A DNA stretch of 63,401 nucleotides, filler included, from Trichomonas gallinae (Eukaryota), in NCBI GenBank assembly GCA_008369845.1. It is 7 parts of 7 records of this genome, joined end to end, with 100 filler letters (N's around TTAATTAATTAA, not from the genome) between each part and the next. Parts side by side here need not be neighbours in the genome. Positions count along the whole stretch, not along the records: positions 54,804 to 56,490 come from MRSU01001037.1; positions 56,591 to 63,401 come from MRSU01001043.1; 5 more parts are not named here. The stretch is one strand, 5' to 3'. The notes beneath the pieces were generated by a model. The model saw nothing but the letters and a program-made list of their open reading frames with translations. It was not told the DNA's origin and searched no databases. The translations under genes and the position numbers were made by a program. This document shows positions 54,704 through 63,401 of this stretch, piece by piece (position 1 is the first letter of the stretch; each line of letters begins with the position of its first letter).

Positions 54704-54803
54704 NNNNNNNNNNNNNNNNNNNNNNNNNNNNNNNNNNNNNNNNNNNNTTAATTAATTAANNNNNNNNNNNNNNNNNNNNNNNNNNNNNNNNNNNNNNNNN
54801 NNN
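54704..54803. other. Artificial contig linker
   Basis: N44-TTAATTAATTAA-N44. Confidence 0.99.
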
Positions 54804-56347
54804 TCGTGGTGCTGGAAGCTCAAAACGACAGTATAACCTCTCATTCCTTGGTATGGCTCCAACAAGATCCTCATGTACTCGACCCACGACATCCAGTCGT
54901 AGCCCAGGTTTGTTGCATTATCGTATTTCCAGTATGAGTCGTATTTGGTCAATTTCTGTGCATCAAGGACCTTCTCGTATTCTGGGAGCTGCATGCCGTA
55001 CTTCATGGACTTGATCCTGGCGAATGTGTAATTATCTTGGACCAAGCATGTATCATCGAGATAGCCGTTGAAATCGAGGCCGATGAATGTCTCGACGTTG
55101 TCCATACCAGAGAAATCGGTCAAAGAAGCAATCATTCCCCCAGATGGGCCTTCATCAGCATAACCCTCCCAATCATCGACAACGAGCAGGATCTGCTTCA
55201 AGGCGGACTCGGCGTAAGGTGTTGCGGAGAACCCAATGAATGTCCACTGCTTCGTATTGACTTTGTTCTTCAAAACATAATCATGGCCATTGATGCGGAG
55301 TGTGATAGTTTTGCTATTCTGGTCTCCCAATGTAACAAGCAAGCCCTTGTTGTCGTTTAACTGCTTCTTGATGAGAACAGAGCCTTCTGTCCATTCATCG
55401 ATATAAATCCACGTTCCAAATGTGAAAACACCAGTCTTCAATGGATTCAAACCGCAGCTCATCTTTGAACCTTGCCCATTGAAGTGAGCCAAGCCGTTTC
55501 TTCCCTTGAATTCGTTGACGTATTCAATATTTTGGAACTTGGCCTCATTGTAGTATCCATCAACCCACGCATTGCCTTGAGCATCTGTTTTACCGCAAAT
55601 TACAAGCAAGAAGTTTGCAAGTCTGACTTTATCCCTGTCTAAGGCACTCCACGCCATTCTTGCGAAGCTGATGTAGGCACCAGCAAGCAAATACTTGAAT
55701 TTATCGTTGTCTTCGACGATTTCTCTGTTGACACCGTTTAACGAAACTGTACCATGGTGATTTCCTTTGTAATCAACGATGTTTTCGCACGTGTATTGGT
55801 CGAACTTCCAATAGCCAACTAAATCGCTCCACGATGGATTGAATTCGTTCAGAGTATTTTGCCAATAATTATCAAATTCGCCCTTAAGCAAATTCTTCCA
55901 GATTCTGAGATCATCGATGAGACCCTTATAGTTTACACCTATGTATAGTGGTTTGTCGTTGGATGGGAATGAGAATGATTGGTCAAACGACTTAATTTCA
56001 GTGTTATCGAGTAAGAATTTGAGCTTGCCCTCACCGTTCATGATTGTGATATGAATCCATGCGTTCGGACGCAAGCTGTGCGATCCTACTTCGAACTCTT
56101 TATTGGCAATTTTAAAAATTAAGCTGTATTCATTACCTATGATGAGTTTAATGTCATCACCTTTCTCAAATATTGTTGCACCGTATGTCCATTCATTAGC
56201 TTTCATCCAAAATTGGATCGAAAATTTAGGAAGGTCGTCTAATTCCTGGAATCTTCCAAAGGAGAGGATGCCAGACCCATCGAAACTGACAGCGTAGTTG
56301 ATTGGCTTAGTATAAGACAACGCGTGTAACGCAAAAAACGAAATCAT
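54804..56347 (-). CDS. Secreted-type protein with two LamG/ConA-like domains, possibly Bacteroidetes-type GH18 (3' truncated)
   Basis: Short signal; FSIQFWMKANEW, WIHIT, GLIDDLRIW, LVGYWKFDQ; second domain FTFGTWIYIDEW...FNGYLDD. A GH18 DxxDxDxE motif is not in the window. Confidence 0.75.
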
Positions 56348-56490
56348 TTTTGAAAAATAATGACAGACTTAAACACAGTGATTTTCTCCACATTTACCAA
56401 AACCATGACGCAACAAAGCAGAAAATGCTGTCAATGCCTGTTAGCTAAAATCGTTTTTTTCTTCAAATGGCATTTAATAGATTTTGGCAG

Positions 56491-56590
56491 NNNNNNNNNN
56501 NNNNNNNNNNNNNNNNNNNNNNNNNNNNNNNNNNTTAATTAATTAANNNNNNNNNNNNNNNNNNNNNNNNNNNNNNNNNNNNNNNNNNNN
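56491..56590. other. Artificial contig linker
   Basis: N44-TTAATTAATTAA-N44. Confidence 0.99.
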
Positions 56591-56667
56591 ATCGTTCCGC
56601 CATTGGCGCCGCCTTTGGCGCCGGCGAACCATATGGCGCCTAAATTCTAGCGCCATTTCGACATGTA
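56591..56667. repeat. GC-rich TGGCGCC cluster at contig start, probable transposon subterminal region
   Basis: TGGCGCC x3 plus CGCCATT x2 within 77 bp, then an abrupt drop to AT-rich DNA. Confidence 0.5.
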
Positions 56668-56777
56668 TATTAATTATAATAATATGTGAAGTATATGATT
56701 GATATGTTTTAAGGATTTAAAAATTTGACAATTTACAAACTTGTAAACAGTTTACTGACAAAATAAACAAAAAAAAA

Positions 56778-58325
56778 TTAATTAATTTCCATGAAATGAG
56801 AAAGAACTGCTTTCAAACAAGTGCATGAATACTCTAAAGTAGATGATATTCTCAAATCTTCGTATGCTGATAAGTATCTGTGATAGTCAATTGGTGATGA
56901 AACTGGATTCATTGCAAAACATGCGAGAAGATATCCAAAAATATCATCAAATGCCATATTCACCGTCTTTGTAGTAATATGCATAATGTCTTTAACTCCG
57001 TTTTGTATATTATCAATAACACGAAACATTGTGTATGCAATATCAAGTGGATTGTTGTAGAATTGTATAGTTATCATTTCACTTATAGCTTCCATGAAGT
57101 ATTTGCTCTGTTTAAAGATCTCACAAATTGATTTTTGAGCAAAATTTGCTGGATATAAGTGTTTATCGATTCCTAGGTCTGCTGGTGTCTGTTTTAGAAT
57201 ATTTTCGATGTTTATGAAATATTTCAATGGCTGTATTTGAGAAACAAATGGATTTCCAACAGTTGTATAATAAACATCAAAAAGTGTGCGAATTGAAGCT
57301 GCTTTCATCGTAGCGAAGAATTTCTTATCTGTACTGTTATTACTGTTCAGTGCAATGAAGAAAAACTGAACGAATGTGTTGAATTCTTTGAAATTAAATG
57401 CCTGAACAGTAGGAAGCTCTTGATCAAATTGTACTGGTGGAGCAAAGTCGAGATTTTGCAAATGCGCGTCGAAAACTGTTGAATCAAAAGCTCTAAGATC
57501 ACTTTTCATTTCATCATCTTCGAATTTGAAAGAATCGTTAACAGGTGTTTCAGAAAACGTAGGTAACTCGCCGAATGTGTCTGGTGGTTGAAATAACTGA
57601 ACTGGTTCTTCGAATTTTGGAATTGTTACTGGAACAACTTGTAATTTAGGCATTCCTTTGACAAACTGATTAAACTTTCGAATAAGGCCGCTTTCGTTCG
57701 CATATGTCTTGAATAAAATATCAAATTCATTTGGTGGAACGTAATTTAAGCCTTCATCAACTTTCTCAGCATTGGTATGTAAAGACTCAAGGAGAAAGCT
57801 CGATTGCAACTTCTTAACTGGCTGTAAAATGTTCTTTGCGTAATATCCTAATGCGATGATCTTGAATGAGTAGGTTTTGTCTTCTTGTGTATCTTCCATT
57901 GAAACTTTCTTCCTGAAAACATCCCTTTTGAATGTGAGTGGAGCCTGGCATTCTAAACATTCACGAAAGAAATCTAATAATTTTATAATGATGCCGTAAT
58001 TATTTTGAAAACGCGTGAGTCTGTTGTGATGAAAACGCGTGAAATACTTCACAAATTTGTATTTAACGAAATAAAATTCCGGTTTTTGATTTTCGTATTT
58101 TACTTTCTTTTGTCGGCTAATTTCCATCAAACATTTCGTCTCCTTCTCGATAATAGCAACATATCTTTGTTTTAAAGCGTCTAAGTAGAAAAGATCGAGT
58201 TTCATAGATTCGTAAGCTTGACTCATCTGTGCTGGTAGCATTGGAACAGCATCAATGTATTCTACAAGCAAAGGAGTTATTGGAGGAATCTTGACTTGTT
58301 GAAAATTTGGTTTTTTATTGGTCAT
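56778..58325 (-). CDS. Hypothetical protein with divergent C-terminal VPS9-like domain
   Basis: PLDIAYTMFRVIDNI...MAFDDIFGYLL...LEYSCTCLKAVLSHF parallels VPS9 (P.EKL...GADD..P...Y.LT.L.AV..I). Confidence 0.6.
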   Translation of the reverse strand: MTNKKPNFQQVKIPPITPLLVEYIDAVPMLPAQMSQAYESMKLDLFYLDALKQRYVAIIEKETKCLMEISRQKKVKYENQKPEFYFVKYKFVKYFTRFHHNRLTRFQNNYGIIIKLLDFFRECLECQAPLTFKRDVFRKKVSMEDTQEDKTYSFKIIALGYYAKNILQPVKKLQSSFLLESLHTNAEKVDEGLNYVPPNEFDILFKTYANESGLIRKFNQFVKGMPKLQVVPVTIPKFEEPVQLFQPPDTFGELPTFSETPVNDSFKFEDDEMKSDLRAFDSTVFDAHLQNLDFAPPVQFDQELPTVQAFNFKEFNTFVQFFFIALNSNNSTDKKFFATMKAASIRTLFDVYYTTVGNPFVSQIQPLKYFINIENILKQTPADLGIDKHLYPANFAQKSICEIFKQSKYFMEAISEMITIQFYNNPLDIAYTMFRVIDNIQNGVKDIMHITTKTVNMAFDDIFGYLLACFAMNPVSSPIDYHRYLSAYEDLRISSTLEYSCTCLKAVLSHFMEIN

Positions 58326-58894
58326 GAAAAAAAAAATAAGAATGAACTCCTAATATAGGGTCTCCCCCTTATTTATGATAGTTTTCCAATTTTTTGGATT
58401 TAGAATGTGCACAATATAACTATTCTAAATATCAATTATAGCTATAATTTCCATTTTGAAAATAACTAAAAAACATGAAGATTTTTTAACAATTTTAAAT
58501 AATTTTTTATAAAATTTATGAATTAGAAAAATATTTTTATCGATTTTACCGCATTTCGGAAGCAATTATATATTATATACATGTTATATATTATATTTCT
58601 AATACTTGATTTTGAAAAATACAATTAGAAAGCAATAATCTTTTCGATTTTTTTCTCAAAAACATTATTATTATATTTATTATTTAACCAATGATATTAC
58701 TATAGTTTTTATAGAAAATTTACAAGTTTAAATCAGTATTATTATAAAAAAATTACAATAATAAGATTTAATTAATTCAATTATATAGTAAATACTCATT
58801 TTAATATTAATTAAAACCAGAAGAAAACATATTCTTATTAATAAAAAGATGATTTATCACATACCAAAAAATATAATAAAAAAAATATATAAGC

Positions 58895-61411
58895 TTATTC
58901 TTCCTTAGGAGGTGGCGTGTAAAGCTTTGAGATCTGGCTTCTTGCCTGTTCATATTGATCCCATTCTTCTGCGACTTTAGCTGACAATGCATTAATTCCT
59001 TCTCTCAAGTCTTCACCTAATTCAGGAGTAGTATCTTCCTTAGCATTCCCACCAGCAGACTCACTTCCTGTTGTCGCTGTGAGTGGATCAGCTTGTGCAG
59101 GGAGAAGTTTGTCAATTTCTTCCTGCGACAAAACTTTCGCCTTATCTTCTTCCTGGCATTCAACTACTTCCAATACTTTCTTATCGATGACTGGTGGAGC
59201 CAGTTGAACTTGAGGCTCAACACTTCTCTTAGATGCCTCTGATTTCTTGCCTGCACCTGGTTTAGCGCTCCTCTTCTTCTCCCAAGCAGCGATTGCAGCA
59301 GCTGTTTTGTCTGCTGGCGCTGTATCTTCCTTGCAAGTGACATTTCCTGTAGAGTAGATCCTGAGCTTCCACTGGAAGTTCTGCACATTCTCAGAGCAGA
59401 CTGACTTCACTATCAACCTTGTTGAATCTTTGTCTGTTGGAAGTTTGCAGCTGGGCAAAACACAGAAGCCGACGCCTCTTACAACTGAAATCGGCTTGTC
59501 TTCTTCAGCGACAGTCAATGTCAAAGACAAAGGCTGTGAAGTCTCCAAGACAATGATGCACTCGCAGCCGCCGCTCAAAACATGCCTCTGGATCTGGTGA
59601 TTTTCGTCGAGTTCTGTCACATCACCTTCGACATCTGAATAGTTTGAGTGAGCAACATCTACTATATCACTTAAAGGAACATCAGAGAAAATCCTTGCGC
59701 GCCATTTGCCGATCAAATCAATGCACTGCATGCCCATGAGATTCTCGCCGTACAAACCGAAAACGAGCAAAACGTAGCCGCGCTTGTTTGGAGTAATTGC
59801 GACAGTTGATGATCTCAAGTTCTTGCTAGGCATGACATCATTAGTGTCGCAGTTGAACAGCAAGCATGCAGCGTTGTCTCTATGGTGCTGATTCGTCATT
59901 GAAACAGCGAAAGATACATTACCTGGCTGGTCGAGATTGAAAGCAATTTTGCCGATTAATTCGAATCTTTGCGGGAAAACATTTATTGCGAATTCATCGA
60001 GTGAAACGAAGAAAGGCAAGTCGCCTTCAGACTGTGTGACATTTGTTACGTCCGCGTAGTTAATAAATTCGACATTCGCGTCGTTGGAAAAGATCTGCAT
60101 CACATAACCGCCGCGTGAATTTGTTTCGAGCTCGAAAATTTCTTCGCTTTTCTCGATATTAAGTGTTGATGCTGTCCATCTCGTGCAGTTAACTGAAAGC
60201 GCAGGCGGGCACTGTCCGCTATTCCACGCGAACCTGCCTAAGTTGAACTGAAGGTCGTTTGTGGGAGCTGTAGTAAGTAGTGGTGCGCAGCAGATTTGAA
60301 GTTGACCTGGTCCTGTTGCTCTGAGAAGTGTTGGCGCTGGTGGCATGTAGAACTGCTGCTCTTTTGGTACCCATACGTCTTGGTGGCGAAGATTGCACTG
60401 GAAAGAAGTGTTTGGACTGAAAACCATGATTGAATCGAAATTCTCTTGAAGATCTTCGAGAATCATCCAGAAGAAGCCTGCTGTTGCAACAGTCTCTGGA
60501 TCAATTTCAAGGAGAACACGGATCTGGTTCGTCCAATGCTTTGTATCTTCTTCAAAGCCAGAAAATCTTCCGCGCCATCTTGCGCCTGGACATTGGAGCT
60601 TCACGAACTTGCGGTGTTGATCAACTTCGAAGACATCCAAAATATGGAAGAGACGATCGCTGCCTAAGTCATCATTCCTTGGATTTTTGATATACATTGC
60701 AACAAGCGAATCTGGGCGTCCAAACCAGAAAACAATATTCTGCCACTCAACAGGAACTTCGAAATGAACGAAACCAGTCATAAGACTGACGCAATCTGGA
60801 GCACTATATTCTTCCATGTGTGTATATCTTAAATAAGCTTTGTGGAGGAGTGTAGGTAATATAATGTGTTCATCGCTATGTCTAAGAAGTCCGCATTCGC
60901 CGTTTTCGTTGCATGGTATTTTATCATCAAAAATAATACGAACTGGTTGTCCATTTTCGAACATACGTATACAGTATTTGCCTGATGGATTAATTTCGTT
61001 AGGAAAGATTTGGAATGTACCTGATTCGAAAAATTGAAGTCCTTTGGATAAGCATAAGAAGAGAGAAGAAGAAAACCTCGTGTCGACTTCTGGATTTTTG
61101 AATGATAATTGAACATCAGGATCGTCGAATTTCGCATCTTGTGGGAAAACCGGCTGTAAACGATTCATTTGTGGATATTTCTGTGAAAAGATTTGATTTC
61201 CTGGCTGATCATCGAACATTGGTTTGGCAGCAACCTTTATTGTTGTTGCTTCATCGCCTGTCCACGGTGTATAAGTTTGAACTGGCGCGAATGGTTTAAC
61301 ATTCTTCAAATAAGTCATTGTTGGCAGTACCTTCTTTCCTTTGCTGGCCTTTGCCTTGTTCCTGGCGTTAGCATCGCCACGTGCTGACGCTTGCCCGCTT
61401 CCAGGTTTCAT
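58895..61411 (-). CDS. Calpain-family (catalytically dead) androglobin-like protein without globin domain
   Basis: NPSGKYCIRMF.NG..VRIIFDDKIPC, PTLLHKAY, WRGRFS and G.FWM mark a calpain core; FAWNS, TPNKRGY..W..RI.S and EDT..AD......AWE resemble androglobin blocks. Confidence 0.8.
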   Translation of the reverse strand: MKPGSGQASARGDANARNKAKASKGKKVLPTMTYLKNVKPFAPVQTYTPWTGDEATTIKVAAKPMFDDQPGNQIFSQKYPQMNRLQPVFPQDAKFDDPDVQLSFKNPEVDTRFSSSLFLCLSKGLQFFESGTFQIFPNEINPSGKYCIRMFENGQPVRIIFDDKIPCNENGECGLLRHSDEHIILPTLLHKAYLRYTHMEEYSAPDCVSLMTGFVHFEVPVEWQNIVFWFGRPDSLVAMYIKNPRNDDLGSDRLFHILDVFEVDQHRKFVKLQCPGARWRGRFSGFEEDTKHWTNQIRVLLEIDPETVATAGFFWMILEDLQENFDSIMVFSPNTSFQCNLRHQDVWVPKEQQFYMPPAPTLLRATGPGQLQICCAPLLTTAPTNDLQFNLGRFAWNSGQCPPALSVNCTRWTASTLNIEKSEEIFELETNSRGGYVMQIFSNDANVEFINYADVTNVTQSEGDLPFFVSLDEFAINVFPQRFELIGKIAFNLDQPGNVSFAVSMTNQHHRDNAACLLFNCDTNDVMPSKNLRSSTVAITPNKRGYVLLVFGLYGENLMGMQCIDLIGKWRARIFSDVPLSDIVDVAHSNYSDVEGDVTELDENHQIQRHVLSGGCECIIVLETSQPLSLTLTVAEEDKPISVVRGVGFCVLPSCKLPTDKDSTRLIVKSVCSENVQNFQWKLRIYSTGNVTCKEDTAPADKTAAAIAAWEKKRSAKPGAGKKSEASKRSVEPQVQLAPPVIDKKVLEVVECQEEDKAKVLSQEEIDKLLPAQADPLTATTGSESAGGNAKEDTTPELGEDLREGINALSAKVAEEWDQYEQARSQISKLYTPPPKEE

Positions 61412-61436
61412 TTGTACGTTTTAATTCAACAACGAT

Positions 61437-61587
61437 AAAAGTGACACATTACTTGACAAATTTACATGATTTACATGACAATTTTTCATATTTACATTTA
61501 ATCAAACTGTTTTAATAATTTACATGACAAATATTTTTTACATGTCGAATTTGATTATTTACATGCAAAAAATATTTTTACGTGACA
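61437..61587. promoter_or_regulatory. Divergent promoter with M2-like AAAAGTGACA and clustered TTTACRTGWCA motifs
   Basis: AAAAGTGACA at 61437; TTTACATGACA at 61470 and 61519; TTTACGTGACA at 61577; further variants between. Confidence 0.5.
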
Positions 61588-61644
61588 AAATTATAAAGAA
61601 AGATGAAAAAAATATCATATAACAACAACAAATCATGATAAATC

Positions 61645-62679
61645 GTGTATCTCGTTTCACACTGCAATGTTATTGATAACAAACACAATCGAAACAAATC
61701 GAATACTGAAAAAATCCAGAATCTTCTTGATCCAAGTTTTTCAACAGACTCTATCCGACCTTTGTTTGTCTATCTTCACAATGATTACAGCATCTGGAAC
61801 CGCTTTGCTGAGGAAAGTGACAATCCTACTACTTACAACGGAAAACAAGAAACTCGAATCACAGCCCCTGGCAATATCTACGTTTTCCTTGCTTCGTTCA
61901 TTGATTTTACCACAGACGGATGTATTTACATTGTTAATGAAGACACGAATAAAGTCTTGATATCCGAAACCTTCATTTCTAACTCATATTCCACGCAAAA
62001 TGGTGGCTCCATCTACGTCGAATATGGATCATGTATTCAATATCGTGTCTGCAGCATAAACTCTACTATTCCTGAAGAAAATAGTGTTGGATGTCACACA
62101 AGTGTTTCTACAACAAAAGAAAGTTATATTATTGAAAGTTCTCTCTCTAAAAGCAGAGGATCTGATAGTTGTATTGACCTTCAAGGTGGAAGCCAGCTCA
62201 TTGATTCCACAAATATTTCACTTGCAGAATGTGATTTCAATGCTGCTTATAGTTGTTGGAATAATCCAGAATCACATCTAATAAACTTCACATCAATCAT
62301 TAATAATACAGCTGACAATGAATGTGTCATGTATCATGAAGAAAATAATCACTATGTTTCTCACTGCAATGTTATTAGCAACACTCTCAACAGAAATTAC
62401 CGTAGTAAAGGAATTGTTTTTAATCGTTGTGAGCTTCTTAATATCAGTTTCTGTGTTTACTCATCAAATTCTGGCAAATTGTTGTTCTTCAATGAATATG
62501 GAAAATTTGTTGTTGATCAATGTTTTCTTGATAATAAAGATATTGATGATATAACAACAGATGATTATGAAGTTAGTCTCACAACAACGAAACATTTTGT
62601 TCTCAAACTTCCTCATCTCTCAACACAAGACTGTGTTGCCGATTTCCCTCTCATTGATGCAAAAGATCACAAAATTTGA
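61645..62679 (+). CDS. Pmp-like hypothetical family protein (paralog of 47682-48689); possibly pseudogene, no 5' AUG
   Basis: WNRFAE, NIYVFLASFID, KVLISETFISN...GGSIYV, QYRVCS, LPHLSTQDCVA. ORF opens after a stop at 61639; ATG at 61635 is out of frame. Confidence 0.6.
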   Translation: MYLVSHCNVIDNKHNRNKSNTEKIQNLLDPSFSTDSIRPLFVYLHNDYSIWNRFAEESDNPTTYNGKQETRITAPGNIYVFLASFIDFTTDGCIYIVNEDTNKVLISETFISNSYSTQNGGSIYVEYGSCIQYRVCSINSTIPEENSVGCHTSVSTTKESYIIESSLSKSRGSDSCIDLQGGSQLIDSTNISLAECDFNAAYSCWNNPESHLINFTSIINNTADNECVMYHEENNHYVSHCNVISNTLNRNYRSKGIVFNRCELLNISFCVYSSNSGKLLFFNEYGKFVVDQCFLDNKDIDDITTDDYEVSLTTTKHFVLKLPHLSTQDCVADFPLIDAKDHKI

Positions 62680-63302
62680 ATTGCAAAAAATCTATATCAA
62701 AATCATAAATATTTAGAAAAAAACGAAGATAACAAATTTATCAATAAATGTTTTAAAATCATTTATAATTCGCTAATCCATGCACTTTATCGTATGTAAA
62801 TTAAGAATCCACACATTAGAATTAAAAATTTAATTTGAATTTTCTGTAAAAGATATGATTCAGTCAATTATACTTTAAAATAATATTTTATATATCTATA
62901 TGTAAGATAACCACAATAATTAACATAGAAAACAATGAATAATTACAAATTTTTGAGAAGAAAATTAGAACATAATTAAAATGCAACATATATATTACAA
63001 TAAAACGCATCTATGCATATATAGTTCTGATATAGTATCATATAAATAACAAAAGATTGAGTAATTTAGAAAATGTTATATTTTTTTAATTTATCCAAGA
63101 TTGACATATATTTATACAATAACAAGTGAAACCATATTTATGAATATTATGATTTTGTTCATAGTTCATATTTTTCAAGAACTCAAAAAAAAATTCATTT
63201 GTAAATTCAATTGTCAATATGTTTGTTATCGTTTTTATGTTTAGATACTCAATAATTAGAAAAAATATACTTGTTTGCAACAGAGAGAAATTTCAAAATA
63301 GT

Positions 63303-63401
63303 TTAGTCGAAAGCATGGCCCGCGCAGCCAAGGACTTCCTTGTTCTTGCGCATGTACATTTCTGTGAGCTTTGTGCGGGCCTCACCGAGGTACTGGCGTG
63401 G
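63303..63401 (-). CDS. FBA: Class II fructose-1,6-bisphosphate aldolase, 3' end
   Basis: Not in ORF track. Minus strand gives PRQYLGEARTKLTEMYMRKNKEVLGCAGHAFD*, matching the class II FBA C-terminus (DPRKYL..AR...GS.G.A); highly biased codons. Confidence 0.85.
   Translation of the reverse strand, partial: PRQYLGEARTKLTEMYMRKNKEVLGCAGHAFD

Noticed and set aside
1..63401. Alternative genetic code, spliceosomal introns, tRNA/rRNA genes, prokaryotic operons
   Set aside because: Conserved genes translate cleanly with the standard code and end in TAA, TGA or TAG. I saw no ACTAACACACAG-type intron end or tRNA/rRNA by eye, though short introns or small RNAs could be missed.

Overview
Eukaryotic, AT-rich, gene-dense and apparently intron-free DNA from a trichomonad (Trichomonas-like parabasalid). 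The assignment is inferred from Inr/M2/M3/M5-type core promoter motifs, BspA-like, Pmp-like and Bap-like surface-protein families, an R2R3 Myb and a class II aldolase; I cannot fix the species. The window is seven separate contigs (1-21753, 21854-24741, 24842-29846, 29947-33883, 33984-54703, 54804-56490, 56591-63401) joined by an artificial 100-bp N44-TTAATTAATTAA-N44 linker, so gene order across linkers means nothing. It holds about 35 genes or gene fragments, including three the ORF track missed (UbL-eS31 fusion, a 3' gene fragment at 21854, aldolase 3' end). Housekeeping genes include GlyRS, proteasome beta2, TFIIH p34, H2A, SAHH, TBCA, Mob1, copine, Rab and Derlin. Several contigs end in TTAA-flanked, Kolobok-like transposon termini. 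The most interesting items are: an androglobin-like protein with a dead calpain site and no room for a globin domain; a ribosomal eS31 fused to a shrunken 53-aa ubiquitin-like leader; pseudoenzymes (DHHC changed to EVNC, Alg5-like without DxD); several long ORFs with no usable in-frame AUG; recurrent promoter motifs I cannot match to a named element; and a duplicated 70-bp element that may be a micro-ORF or snoRNA. All family calls come from motif recognition by eye; no database search was run.
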